A DNA stretch of 35,706 bases from Octopus bimaculoides (GCF_001194135.2 NC_068982.1:137099709-137135414), one strand, 5' to 3'. Counted from the stretch's first letter, positions 11,279 to 22,645 are shown. Program-made: numbers and translations. Notes: generated from the letters alone by a model not told the origin.

Positions 11279-12347
11279 TCATCCACCCTGTTTCTGTCTA
11301 CCAAATGCCCTCACAAGGCTTTGGTCGACCCAAGGCTATAGTAGAAAACACTTGCCCAAGGTGCCACGCTGTGGGACTGAACCCAGAACCATGTGGTTGG
11401 TAAGCCTACTACTTACCACACAGCCATGCCTTCCCCTATTTATTATATATCTTTATCTTCTGTCTTTTACTTAAGTCAGTCATTGGACTGTGGTCATTTT
11501 GGGGCAGCCCCTTGAAGTAACATTTGGCCCTTTGTCATTAAAAACAAAAAGGGCTATTTTAAATAGTAAAAGGCTTAACTTCATTCAACATGTCTTGTAT
11601 GGTAAGATATCCTTTGAAATGTAAGGCATTGGAAAACTTCAATTAGTCGCAATCGCTCATGCAGCTCAGAGACAACAGCTCCCTCTAGGAATGTTTCATC
11701 GTTGTCATTGTCATCATCATTTAATGTTAAAATCACTTAACAACCATATGATTTGGGTTCAATTCCATCAGGTGGTAGCTTGAGCAAACATCTTCTACAA
11801 CAGCACCCCCAACTAACCAATGTTTTGTGAGTGAATTTGATACATGGAAACTGTGTGGAAGCTCACCATATGTATAAATATGTGTGTGTATGTGTGTATG
11901 TGTATGCATGTGTTTGTACGTGTATGTGCATATCTTTGTGCCTGTGTTTGTCTCCCCACCAATGCTTGACAACTAGTGCTGGTTTGTTTATGTCCCCATA
12001 AGCTGGCAGTTTAGCAAAAAAGATTAAGAGACTCAGTACCAAACTTTAAAAATCCTGGAGATGATCAGCTTGGCAAAAAGAATCCCTTCAAGGGGCTGCC
12101 CCAAAATGACCACTGTCCAATGACTGATTTGAGAAGTCGTAGCTGTGGGGGTAAGTAGCATGCTTACCAACCACATGGTTCTGGGTTCAGTCCCATTACA
12201 TAGCACCTTGGACAAGTGTTTTCTACTATAGCCTTGGGCCAGCCAAAGCTTTGTGATGGCATTTGGTAGACAGAAACTGTAAGAAGCCTGTCATATATAT
12301 ATATATATATATAATCAGACTGGAGCCTGGTGTTNNNNNNNNNNNNN

Positions 12348-12387
<40 letters not shown>

Positions 12388-13204
12388 TGTGTCTGTGTTT
12401 GTCCACACACCATCGCTTGACCACCAATGCTGGTGTGTTTATATTCCCGTAAATTAGCAGCTCAGCAAAAGTGACTGATAGAATAAGTACTAGGCTTACA
12501 AATAATAAATCCTGGGGTCAATTTATGCGACTAAAGGTGATGCTCCAGCATGGCCTCACAATCAAATCACTGAAACAAATAAAAAAAATCTGAATCTACA
12601 TCAGATTGCAGCCTTGTACAGCCTCCTGGCTTGCTAGCCCTCAGTCAAACCATATTTTCGAAGGGAATAAATTACGTGACGGTCATTGTAAAATCTAGAG
12701 TTGTCTCCCTTACATGCAATAGATCAGTCTTCAGATATATTCTGTTTATCATATCGCAAGAATGTATTACGCATTCATAAAATCTCTAGCTTCGATAACA
12801 CTGTGGAAACTAGTTCTATGTATAAATTAACAGCATATTGTATGAACGACTGAAGTAATATCTGCTTCGATTTCTTTATAGACTTCAAAACTTAAGATAG
12901 AATTCATAAATGCAAAAACAATAAATTATGTTAAAGGGAAATAACAGCGTAAATACTATTAGTTCCCTTTAACATAATGCAATTCTATTTAAGAGTTATT
13001 TCCCTTGAATTATTTTTATTACCCATAGTATGCTGCATTAAATTGCCTTCGCGGAAGGTATTTGAAACAGGTTTCCCGCTCTAAATTATGCAAGATTAAT
13101 GAATAATTAACGCGTGTTTCATTAGCTTGGAAGATCATTGAATAATGTTTTATTAGTTTCCATTGTTTAGTTCAAAATCTCTTCACGGTTGTGCAAAAGA
13201 AAAC

Positions 13205-13470
13205 GGAAAGAACTGGTACCCCACTGATTACAAAGACATGTGTTCCAGTTGATCCGATCGACGGAACAGCTTGTTCAGGAAATTAACGTGCAAGTGGCTG
13301 AGCACTCCACAGACAAGTGTACCCTTGATGTAGTTCTCAGGGAGATTCAGCATGACAGAGAATGTAACAAGGTTGGACCTTGAATTACAGGTACAACTTA
13401 TTTAGAGGAATCGAATTCGTGACCTTATGATCATGAACCCAATACTTAACCACGAAGCTACGCGCCTTCC
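13205..13470 (-). mobile_element. Further tRNA-derived SINE family, internally deleted
   Basis: Minus-strand head gaaggcgcgtagcttcgtggttaagtattgggttcatgatcataaggtcacgaattcgattcc. Body similar to a decayed copy at ~27190-27330. Confidence 0.65.
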
Positions 13471-14098
13471 TACAAAGGACTATACATCAAAGGGCGATGG
13501 GGCAGGTCAGAATTTCTCCCTTTTTTAATTTTATTTTTAGTGATGAGGGAAAGCATTGTCCATGACCCTTTTACGGGATCTGCAAGACTTCAGGAATGGT
13601 TTCCTCACACTAGAAACATGGTTCAAATGTGTGCAACAAAGTTGATCCGACTATAGATCCAAGTGATGGTAATCCAAAAGAGATGGATTAAATCTACAAC
13701 CCAAGTAAGCCGCAGTAAGATTTGAACTCAGAACCAAGGCAAATACTACATGGCATCTAGTCCAACATTGTTGCAGTTAAACCAATCTCTCATGCTGGGT
13801 TATTATGTTTTTACTGACCACAAATGAAGGAAAGGCAAATAAATATCTTTCATCTTTGCTTGCTTGAGTCATTGGATTGCAGCCATGCTGGGCTTATTCT
13901 ATCAGTTCTTTTTGCAGAACCACGAAATTATGGCAATGCAAGCAAACCAATACAAGTTGTCAAGCAGCAGTGGGAGAGAAACATAAATCCAGACACATAT
14001 GCATGTATGCACATATGCATGCGTGTGTGCATGTGTGTGTATATGTGTGTACACTAGGAAGGTATCTTCAAACTAAAAACATGGCCCAAATGTGTCCT

Positions 14099-14146
<48 letters not shown>

Positions 14147-14223
14147 TGCACACAAGTGTGTGGATAAATGAAAGAGTCACTCAACAAAATTTGTAGGAGT
14201 TACATATATCATTATTTCAATAT

Positions 14224-14585
14224 TTGATTTGGTTCCCTGTGACTCAAAGTTTTGTAGGCTTCTTACAGAAACCCAGCTCATTCAGGCTCAGTTAATCAAA
14301 CAGGGAGATATAGGAAGTCTAAGATGGCTGCTGGACCCTTGCTTGCCTGCAAGTTCCTTTGAACACCAACCAGATACCAAGACATCATAAGACTATCTCT
14401 CCAGCCATGCCATCCGAGAAATTCTCTTTTCTAATGCATTTGGTGGTGCTGATCATTCTTCTAACAACACCATGTGAACTGCCTTCAACAATAACAGTTC
14501 AGTTTCTGTTTGGTTAACTGAGTTTGAGTGAGTGAGGTTTCTGTAAAAAGCCTATGAAGCTTTAAGTCACATGGAGCCAAATCAA
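14224..14585. mobile_element. MITE/fold-back element with 80-bp terminal inverted repeats
   Basis: 14224-14303 versus the reverse complement of 14506-14585: 66/80 identical without gaps, mismatches mostly transitions; ~200-bp non-coding spacer. Confidence 0.75.
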
Positions 14586-14597
14586 GCAGTTTTAAAT

Positions 14598-14959
14598 AAC
14601 AAGGGTACTCAGAGAGCACAAACCTCTGCCAAGGCAACACCAGCATCCTTTCAACGATTAGCCAGAGATGAATTTTAAAATGAGAATATGTGAAATAAAC
14701 TTGACATTCTCACAAACAAGAATACTAAGAATGAACCCGACAGCTCTCAAAAATTAAGTAAAAAAACAGGAAAAATAATCCAGAATCCTTGTCCAATACC
14801 AGATCGATCCCAAAATCTAATCAGTTTGTGCCAGTCATGAGGCCAAACATCCCTGAAAGTTTCGTCTGAATCCATCCCACGGTTCTTGAGATATCTTGTC
14901 CATGGACAAACAAACATGACTGAAAACATTACCTTTGCCTTCACTAAGGCAGAGGTAAT
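14598..14959 (+). mobile_element. Helentron-associated non-autonomous element (HINE/DINE-1-like), apparently full length
   Basis: 5' ACCTCTGCC (14622-14630) is the inverse of 3' GGCAGAGGT (14948-14956), which is also one arm of the terminal hairpin ATTACCTTTGCCTT-CACT-AAGGCAGAGGTAAT (14928-14959). The internal aagtttc..atcc..ggttcttgagatatc..ggacaaacaaac block resembles DINE-1-like cores. Family assignment is from remembered architecture. Confidence 0.65.
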
Positions 14960-14984
14960 AATGATAATAATACTGATAGATGGG

Positions 14985-15972
14985 GAAATGTCTTGGAGAA
15001 TACTCTTGCAAATGTCCAGCAATATATCCTGCAAGCGGGAAAAGTGACCCAAATCAAAATAGACAGACTAATAGACAAAATACACACGGAAAATAAAACA
15101 AAATACCTCATAACTCAAGACAATGGCTGCAGTCAGGCAGAAATTGCACATAAGACATTATATCCCCAAAAACGCATAAGACACAACAAAAGAAAGAAGG
15201 AAACACAACAGAGATAACACTACACACAGTAAATAAAAGGTTAAACCAAAGCAAAATTTCTACGCAGCTACCCAACCCAAAATTAAATTGAACAACACAG
15301 CAAATCAACAACACGCATAGACAGGCAAATATGGAAGCAGAAAACAACAAACAAAATAACATACACCATAACAGACTAGCTATAACCGATGATAGAGATG
15401 AACTGAAGGAAGAATTAACAAAATTAGGAGAACTAAACATCACTCGATAAATATGAACCAGTGTAAACATCTCCCAAGGCTACAGGAAAATAAAAAGCTC
15501 TATGAAAGGATGAATAGATACAACAGAGCCTTACAAGTAATAATGACCTTATCAAAGGATACACTGAATATCAGCAAACTAAATGACCTGATCTACTCAA
15601 CAGCTGTGGGGATATCAAGGGAAACTGGACTTGAACCCTATAAAGAAAAAAAAATCCCAGCCAAATTTCAAACCCCAAAATGGAAACAGACCATAATAAA
15701 TATAATTCATAAGCAAAAGAAAGACTTATCACTACTTTGTGAATTAGAGAAAATGGGATCGAATATGAGAAATATAAAAAGGGCCCATATAACAAAACAA
15801 TACAGCATAAGAAATAAAGAAAAGGTAAAAGAAAAAATTGAACAGGGCATAGCAGTGAGAACTTGCTGCATAAAATGGTATGGAAAATGGGAACGCTTCT
15901 TCCAACAAAATAGAGAATTCAAAGTAAACAAAAAGTTTTTCAGAAAGTTAAACAAAAAAACTATAACAATAG
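14985..15972 (+). mobile_element. Decayed R4/Dong-clade non-LTR retrotransposon, N-terminal (pre-RT) ORF region
   Basis: ORF 14993..15217 ENTLANVQQYILQAGKVTQIKIDRLIDKI. ORF 15453.. HLPRLQENK...ISKLNDLIYSTAVGI...PKWKQTIINIIHKQKKDLSLL...EKVKEKIEQGIAVRTCCIKWYGKWERFFQQNREFKVNKKFFRKL. These match the R4/Dong pattern P.W..R+...I...RKDLS.L...LKQK+.A...R+.RY..R.....QN..F..N.K.F++.L as I recall it. Frameshifted, and cut at ~15972 by an inverted RTE-3'-end fragment. Confidence 0.8.
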
Positions 15973-17103
15973 ATGCCAGTAGGGCTAGTCAGGTGATACT
16001 GGCAACAGCCACACTCAAATGGTGTTTTTTACATGCTACCTGCAGAGGAGCCAGTCCAGCGGCACTGGCAATGACCTTGCACGAATGTTTTTTCATGTGC
16101 CACCGGCACAAGTGCCAGTAAGGCAGAGTTCAAATTCCACCAAGGTCAGCTTTGCATTTCATCCTTTGAAGATTGATGAGATGAATATCAGTCGAGCACT
16201 GACGGTGATGTAATCAATTAAACATCTTTCACAAATGTTCAGGTCATTTGCCTATTCTAGAAACAATAGTTAAGTTGGTAAGCTGACAGATTTGTAAGCA
16301 TGTTAGACAAAATGCTTGGTAGTATTTCTTCCAACCCTTTATGTTCTGAGTTCAAATTCTGTTGGGGGTGATGTTGCCTTTCATCTTTTCAAGACAAATA
16401 AACTAGACAGCAGTTGAGCACTGGGGCCTACATAATTAACGAGTCCCCACCCACTAAAATTACTGGCCTTCTATCAAAATTTGAAGCAATTATAATGATA
16501 TAATTACCACATGTTCTGGTGAGAATTTTGTCAGTAAAACTGGCTTCAAATATTGGAAATTGAATTTAAAATAAATCGATATTTTAATATAGTTATCCAT
16601 TAAGAAAAATAAATATATTTATCAATTAAGAATATAATTATAATTAAAATATTTTTGGTGAACTTTTTTTCTTTTCAGATAATTATTATCATTTCAGTCT
16701 TTTGCCAAATAAATTTATAAATATTTCATCTATAGTCACTTTGGTGACTGCAAACGAAAAGATTAATTTCAGATGCTCGTTAAACTTGAGTTAGATTTTT
16801 ATTCTATTTCGTACAGCATTAATTTGCTATGCTACACTAAATTCAGACCAAATTTCAACCAATTTTATCAGTGTATCACTAATGTTACTAGTCATAAAAA
16901 TACAGTTTTATTATGTAATTAAAATAATGTCCATAATGCATTTCTGTATTTCTCAGATGAATTATAGATGTGAGATTCAAATGCTTTTTCATTCCTATTT
17001 ACCCAGCATTCAAATACTCAGAGACATAATGAATATGTGAGAGTTCAAATTACAAAATGTATGTATGTATGCATGTATGTATGTATGCATGTATGTATGT
17101 ATG

Positions 17104-17601
17104 TAGTGAGAATTTACAAACAAAACAAAAGACGAAGACGGGTGTGTAAACAACAAACAGATGTATTAGTTTAATACTCGGGAAGATAGAGAGTCTTCAC
17201 GTTTCGAGCCTACGCTCTTCGTCAGACAGGAACACAGAAATAAACAGGGAGAGAAAATAGAAAAAGGTTTACTGGCTAGCAATCTATCATGGCGAACAAC
17301 AATAGGAAAAAGCAGAATGTACAAAAAAGTTTAGAAAAGTTCAAAAGGTTTAAACGTTGTGGTGTATTGGAGCGATTTCTCATCAACAGAAGAGTCCAGT
17401 GTAATTCATGGGTAGGAGAGGTGCAGTATAGGAGTCTGAGTGTAGGAGAGGTATAGGAGTCTGAGTGTAGGAGAGTAGAAAGTCCAGGTAGTGAATCCAG
17501 GTAGAATAGTCCAAGAAAAGTTTGAAGTGTTATGAGGTGGAGACAGGATGAAACTGGTGTGACCACGTGAGCGTGTTAATATATAGTGAGAATTTACAAA
17601 C
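17104..17601 (-). mobile_element. Penelope-like element 3' end (GIY-YIG C-terminus remnant, 3' UTR with hammerhead core)
   Basis: Minus frame LLMRNRSNTPQRLNL resembles the L.T..P.GLN end of PLE endonucleases. An 18-bp direct repeat TAGTGAGAATTTACAAAC lies at 17104-17121 and 17584-17601, and a hammerhead core at 17201-17225. Confidence 0.65.
17195..17230 (-). ncRNA. Minimal type I hammerhead ribozyme-like motif (PLE type)
   Basis: Minus strand CTGACGA-A-GAGC-GTAG-GCTC-GAAAC-GT-G: both conserved boxes and a perfect 4-bp stem II. Palindromic ACGT could form stem III, but position 17 would be G, and stem I is poor. Confidence 0.6.
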
Positions 17602-17687
17602 GCCATTGACAACAAAGAAGCACAAAGGGATGACAATCATCTTTGAAGAAGAAGCAACAACAACTATGTATGTATGTATGGATGGTT

Positions 17688-17758
17688 AGATGGATGGACA
17701 GGTAGATGGATGGACAGGTAGATGGATGGACAGGTAGATGGATGGACAGGTAGATGGA
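17688..17758 (+). repeat. 16-bp minisatellite (AGATGGATGGACAGGT) x4.4
   Basis: Four exact units starting at 17688, 17704, 17720 and 17736, plus a partial unit. Confidence 0.95.
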
Positions 17759-17879
17759 GGGACTGACAGAAGACAAATAGATGGGCGAACGGATGGATGT
17801 GTGTCGACGATGCCCTTTGCATTTGAGTTCAGGAATTTGTGAGAGAATGGACTTAACCCTTAATCACCCCTTTTCTTAA

Positions 17880-18130
17880 GTCCACTCTGGATGGTCCATC
17901 CCAGGATGGTAGTACTTGTCAAGGACCTCATTTATGGATGGAATAGCAAATGGCCCTGTGAATGAGGCATACAGGACTCAGAAGAAGGTTGGTTCCTAAA
18001 CATGCATCATAAAGACCCACTGGTGTTTGGGCATACCCTAGTGTTACATGAACTGGTCCTCCTGTATGAAGGATTAAATAGGTCCTGTACTGCAAGAGAA
18101 AGCTTGAGGGAGCAGGAGAATAACAGAGCA
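17880..18130 (+). mobile_element. Highly decayed RTE/BovB-like fragment
   Basis: Frame pieces LWMVHPRMVVLVKDLIYG / GIANG resemble W.GH+.RM...PKD+LYGELA.G. Confidence 0.4.
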
Positions 18131-18363
18131 AACTGTAAATGAACTAACAAAATGCAATAAAAGACCACAGGTGTATCTTTTCCATGAATAATTATGAAAC
18201 TTTAGACATGACTACTAACACCTGTAGGTATGACACATGAAGAGAGAGAGAGAGAGTATGACACATGAAGAGACACAGACAGATAGACAGAGAGAGTTGG
18301 GGTAACAAATGGAGGGAGAGAGAGAGTGATGTTAAAGAATGATTATTAGAAAGTACAGGCATA

Positions 18364-18593
18364 AATGGTGGCAAGCTGGCAGAAACATTAGCATGCCGGG
18401 CGAAATGCTTAGCGGTATTTTGTCTGCCGCTACGTTCTGCATTCAAATTCCGCCAAGGTTGACTTTTCCTTTCATTCTTTTGGGATCGATTAAATAAATA
18501 CCTGTTATGCACCGGGGTCGAAATAATCGACTTAATCCCTTTGTCCTTGTTTGTTCCCTCTATGTTTAGCCCCTTGTGGGCAGTAAAGAAATA
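18364..18593 (+). mobile_element. X SINE monomer
   Basis: Perfect 16-bp TSD AGAAAGTACAGGCATA at 18348-18363 and 18594-18609. Confidence 0.9.
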
Positions 18594-19924
18594 AGAAAGT
18601 ACAGGCATACTCTGCATTATAGGGGTATTACATTCGTGGGAATCTTGCTTTGGCATTGGGCTTCTGTGATGTGAAACCTATTTCCATATAACATGGAAGT
18701 CAATGAGAAAATAGGTTTCACTTTATAGAATTCCAAGTTACAATGAGATTGTCAGGAACGCAATACTTTCATTATATGAGGACGTTTCATCTTCCTGCCA
18801 CTATGAGACTGTATTTACGGTTACTGCTGTTACGCTTATAACTAAATTATAACTTGATTGATTTATATGTATGACACATATGCAGTTGTTAGTTCTGTTA
18901 CATAGATTATTGATGCACCAGCAGTGTTTATTTTTCATGCTAAAGTTTACTATAGGGTATACCCAAAGATTTTCTACCAACATCCAGATTTGCTGGTCTG
19001 TGTTGATCAAAGTAGCATCGAAATAGAATTATTCAGTCAGCCCTTTTGAGGATTAATGAGCTGTTGATTAAAGTGGGAAACATTTCAATTATCTATGAAG
19101 TGTTGGTGGAGAACAGTTGATTGAGTCTAATTTAAAGAAACGCTTCAATCCTTTGAAGACCATCTTGATAAAATTGATTTGACTAATAAAAAAAAAAGTT
19201 TAATCTTATTATGATATTGCATAAATAATGTTTAAAACATGTGAACAAAAATAAGGATGATAAATACATTTGCATGAGAGAAAAATAGGATTGACATTTT
19301 CTTTGAACTGGAGAAAAGTGAAATTTTGAATCAACTCCAGTTAGTTGTTTCTGTGATGCTAAATGATGAATGGTAAAATTCAATTTAGCAGAACTGAAAG
19401 GAACAAAATTAAACAATGTAAAGGATTTAGTTCAGTGTTTTTTTTATTTCGGTCAAATGAAACAAAAGAAAGAATGAAAAAGAAACTCACGCTGCTTGTT
19501 ATTTCTTTTGAATTGTTCTGGAAGAAAGGTGATGCATCATAAAAATTTGTCAAAGGTTTTCGCACTCTGGAAGAATAAAATGTCACAGAGATATAAGATT
19601 ACTAACTGGCCCCGTGCCATCAAAAATGATGGCTAATTGTAGTATTTTATATATAAATATGGATGGTAATTCAAATTAATACACTTGTCAATGGTCCCAG
19701 CATGGCATCGCAAGGCAAACAAAAGTTGCTGTGTACCATGCATGTGTAGTGACATCGCTCCAGGGGGACAGGTGGGTCGTGCTTGAGTACTGCCTTCACA
19801 CTTATACATACGAGTGTGCATGCACACTCATACACATCATCATCATCATTATCTTACATCTTTCCATACTGGGTTGGGTAGGACGTATATATCTATGTAC
19901 GTATGTGCATGGGTTTATATATGT

Positions 19925-20495
19925 ATCATCATCATCATCATTTAACGTCTGCTTTCTATGCTAGCATGGGTTGGACGATTTGACTGAGGACTGGCAAGCC
20001 AGAAGGCTGCACCAGGCCCCAATCTGATCTAGCAGTGTTTCTACAGCTGGATGCCCTTCCTAACGCCAACCACTCCGAAAGTGTAGTGGGTGCTTTTTAC
20101 ATGCCACCGACACAAGNNNNNNNNNNCAGTGTTTCTACAGCTGGATGCCCTTCCTAACGCCAACCACTCCGAAAGTGTAGTGGGTGCTTTTTACATGCCA
20201 CCGACACAAGGGCCAGTCTGGCGGTACTGGCAACAGCCATGCTCAAATGGTGTTTTTTATGTGCCACCTGCACAGGAGTCAGCCAATGTTTTGTTCATAT
20301 GCCACCGGCACAAGTGCCAGTCAGGCGATGCTGGTGCTCAAATGGTGCTTTTTACGTGCCACCAGCACGGGAGTGAGACTGCTGCTCTAGCAGTGATCCC
20401 GCTCGGATGGTGCTGTTAGCGCTCCACTAGCATGGGTGCCAATCATCAAATTTGGTTCAGTTTTGATCTCACTTGCCCCAACAGGTCTTCGCAAC
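19925..20495 (-). mobile_element. RTE 3'-end copy spanning a 10-N gap
   Basis: Plus strand reads (CAT)n-ttaacgtctgctttc...ggatgcccttcctaacgccaacc...ttgccccaacaggtcttcgcaac. Confidence 0.85.
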
Positions 20496-20624
20496 CTGAG
20501 ATGTATGTATGTATGTATGTATGCATATATGTTAGCATGCTTCTATGTATGTGTATGTATGCATGCATGCAGGTAAGCATGCTTGCATCTATGTATGTGT
20601 ATGCATGAATGCTTGTATGTATGA

Positions 20625-20656
<32 letters not shown>

Positions 20657-21034
20657 ACAAAAGACAGTGAGATATTTATTAACCGATCGTGTACATCAAT
20701 GAACACTGGACATATTCATTCAAAATACCAGCAGATCCAAGAACATAATGAATCCTCCTAGGATACAAACCTCAACAGTTAAATGAAGATCACCTGTTAT
20801 CAGCAGCAAATGGAAAAAAGTCAACAAAGAAAAAGTCACACTTGTGGCCAGGAAAAACTACTCATCAGAAAAATGACACTTTAAATTTAAATGCCATGAA
20901 TAATTATAAAGAAAATAATCAGACAAGTTATATTTTCAGGATGATTATTGATTGACAATTCGAGGTGTGCAACCAATGGCAACACTATATGATGGTATTA
21001 AATGGATGTGAAAAATAATCATATTTGATTAAAT

Positions 21035-21433
21035 ATTCTTTTCCACTTTAGGCACAAGGCCTGAAATTTTGGAGGAGGGTGCCAGTGGATTAGATCAACC
21101 CCAGTACGTAACTGGTATTTAATTTATCGATCCCGAAAGGATAAAGGTCAAAGACAGATGAAATACCGGTAAGCATTTCACGTGGCATGCTAACGTTTCT
21201 TATTTCTTTACTGCCCACAAGAGGCTACACACAGAGGGGACAAACAAGGACAGACAAACGGATTAAGTCGATTATATCGACCCCAGTGCATAACTGGTAG
21301 TTATTTAATCGACCCCGGAAGAATGAAAGGCAAAGTTGACCTCGGCGGAATTTGAACTCAGAACGTAGCGGCAGACGAAATACCACTAAGCATTTCGCCC
21401 GGTGTGCTAACATTTCTGCCAGCTTGCCACCTT
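21035..21433 (-). mobile_element. X-Y SINE dimer, with an adjacent partial X (21448-21618)
   Basis: 14-bp TSD ATATTT(G/A)ATTAAAT at 21021-21034 and 21434-21447; junction gctaacgtttcttatttcttt at ~21189-21209. Confidence 0.85.
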
Positions 21434-22290
21434 ATATTTAATTAAATTTTTATTTCTTTATTGCCCACAGGGGGCTAAATATAGAGGGGACAGACACAGA
21501 CAGACAAGGGGATTAAGTCGATTACATCGACCCCAGTAATTAAATGGTACTTATTTAATCAGCCCTGAAAGGATGAAAGGCAAAGTCAACCTCGGCGGAA
21601 TTTGAACTCAGAACGTAATATTGTAAATAAGAAGCTTACTTTACTAGAAGGGCTATAAAGTGTCTTCCATGTTGTAATTGTTATTGTTGTCGTGCTATAG
21701 ACAATCACTGTGCTGGTTCTGTGCTTAATGCACCCCTGCTTGTGCTGCATAAATGCACCCATGCTGGTGTTGTATAAAAAGCACCCTGCACTCTCTGCTA
21801 AGTAGTTGGCATTAGAAAGGGCGTCCAGCTATAAGAAACCTTACCGGATTAGATTGGAGCCTGCCAGTCCTCAGTCAAACCATCCAACCCATACCAGCAT
21901 GGAAAGCTGACGTTAAACAACGATGGTGATGATGATGATGATGATGATGATATATACGCTTTACTTTTTACTCTTTTACTTGTTTCAGTCATTTGACTGC
22001 GGCCATGCTGGAGCACCACCTTTAGTCGAGCAAATCAACCCTGGGACTTATTCTTTGGAAGCCTAGTACTTATTCTATCGGTCTCTTATGCCGAACTGCT
22101 AAATTACGGGGACATAAACACATCAATATTGGTTGCCAAGCAATGCTAGGGGGACAAACACAGACACACAAGCATACACACACAAACATACACACACACA
22201 CATATATATATATATATAATTATGTGTATTTCTTCTATCTTAATGAATGAAAATTCTTCTGATAGAATAAATGGGTTAATAGAAACCAAT

Positions 22291-22645
22291 NNNNNNNNNN
22301 NNNNNNNNNNNNNNNNNNNNNNNNNNNNNNNNNNNNNNNNNNNNNNNNNNNNNNNNNNNNNNNNNNNNNNNNNNNNNNNNNNNNNNNNNNNNNNNNNNNN
22401 NNNNNNNNNNNNNNNNNNNNNNNNNNNNNNNNNNNNNNNNNNNNNNNNNNNNNNNNNNNNNNNNNNNNNNNNNNNNNNNNNNNNNNNNNNNNNNNNNNNN
22501 NNNNNNNNNNNNNNNNNNNNNNNNNNNNNNNNNNNNNNNNNNNNNNNNNNNNNNNNNNNNNNNNNNNNNNNNNNNNNNNNNNNNNNNNNNNNNNNNNNNN
22601 NNNNNNNNNNNNNNNNNNNNNNNNNNNNNNNNNNNNNNNNNNNNN
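22291..22645. other. Assembly gap (largest of six)
   Basis: N runs at 10348-10357, 12335-12347, 20117-20126, 22291-22645, 25149-25319 and 31437-31446. Confidence 1.

Noticed and set aside
16660-16960. Several TTTCAG acceptor-like sites in AT-rich DNA
   Set aside because: Expected by chance at this base composition; no open exon with a good donor.
18228-18273. 18-bp direct repeat around a (GA)n tract; similar small duplications at ~5800-5833, 10392-10433, 17426-17475 and 28031-28050
   Set aside because: Ordinary slippage duplications with no further structure.
20033-20210. Exact 84-bp direct repeat (20033-20116 and 20127-20210)
   Set aside because: It flanks a 10-N gap with 100% identity, typical of an unmerged contig overlap.
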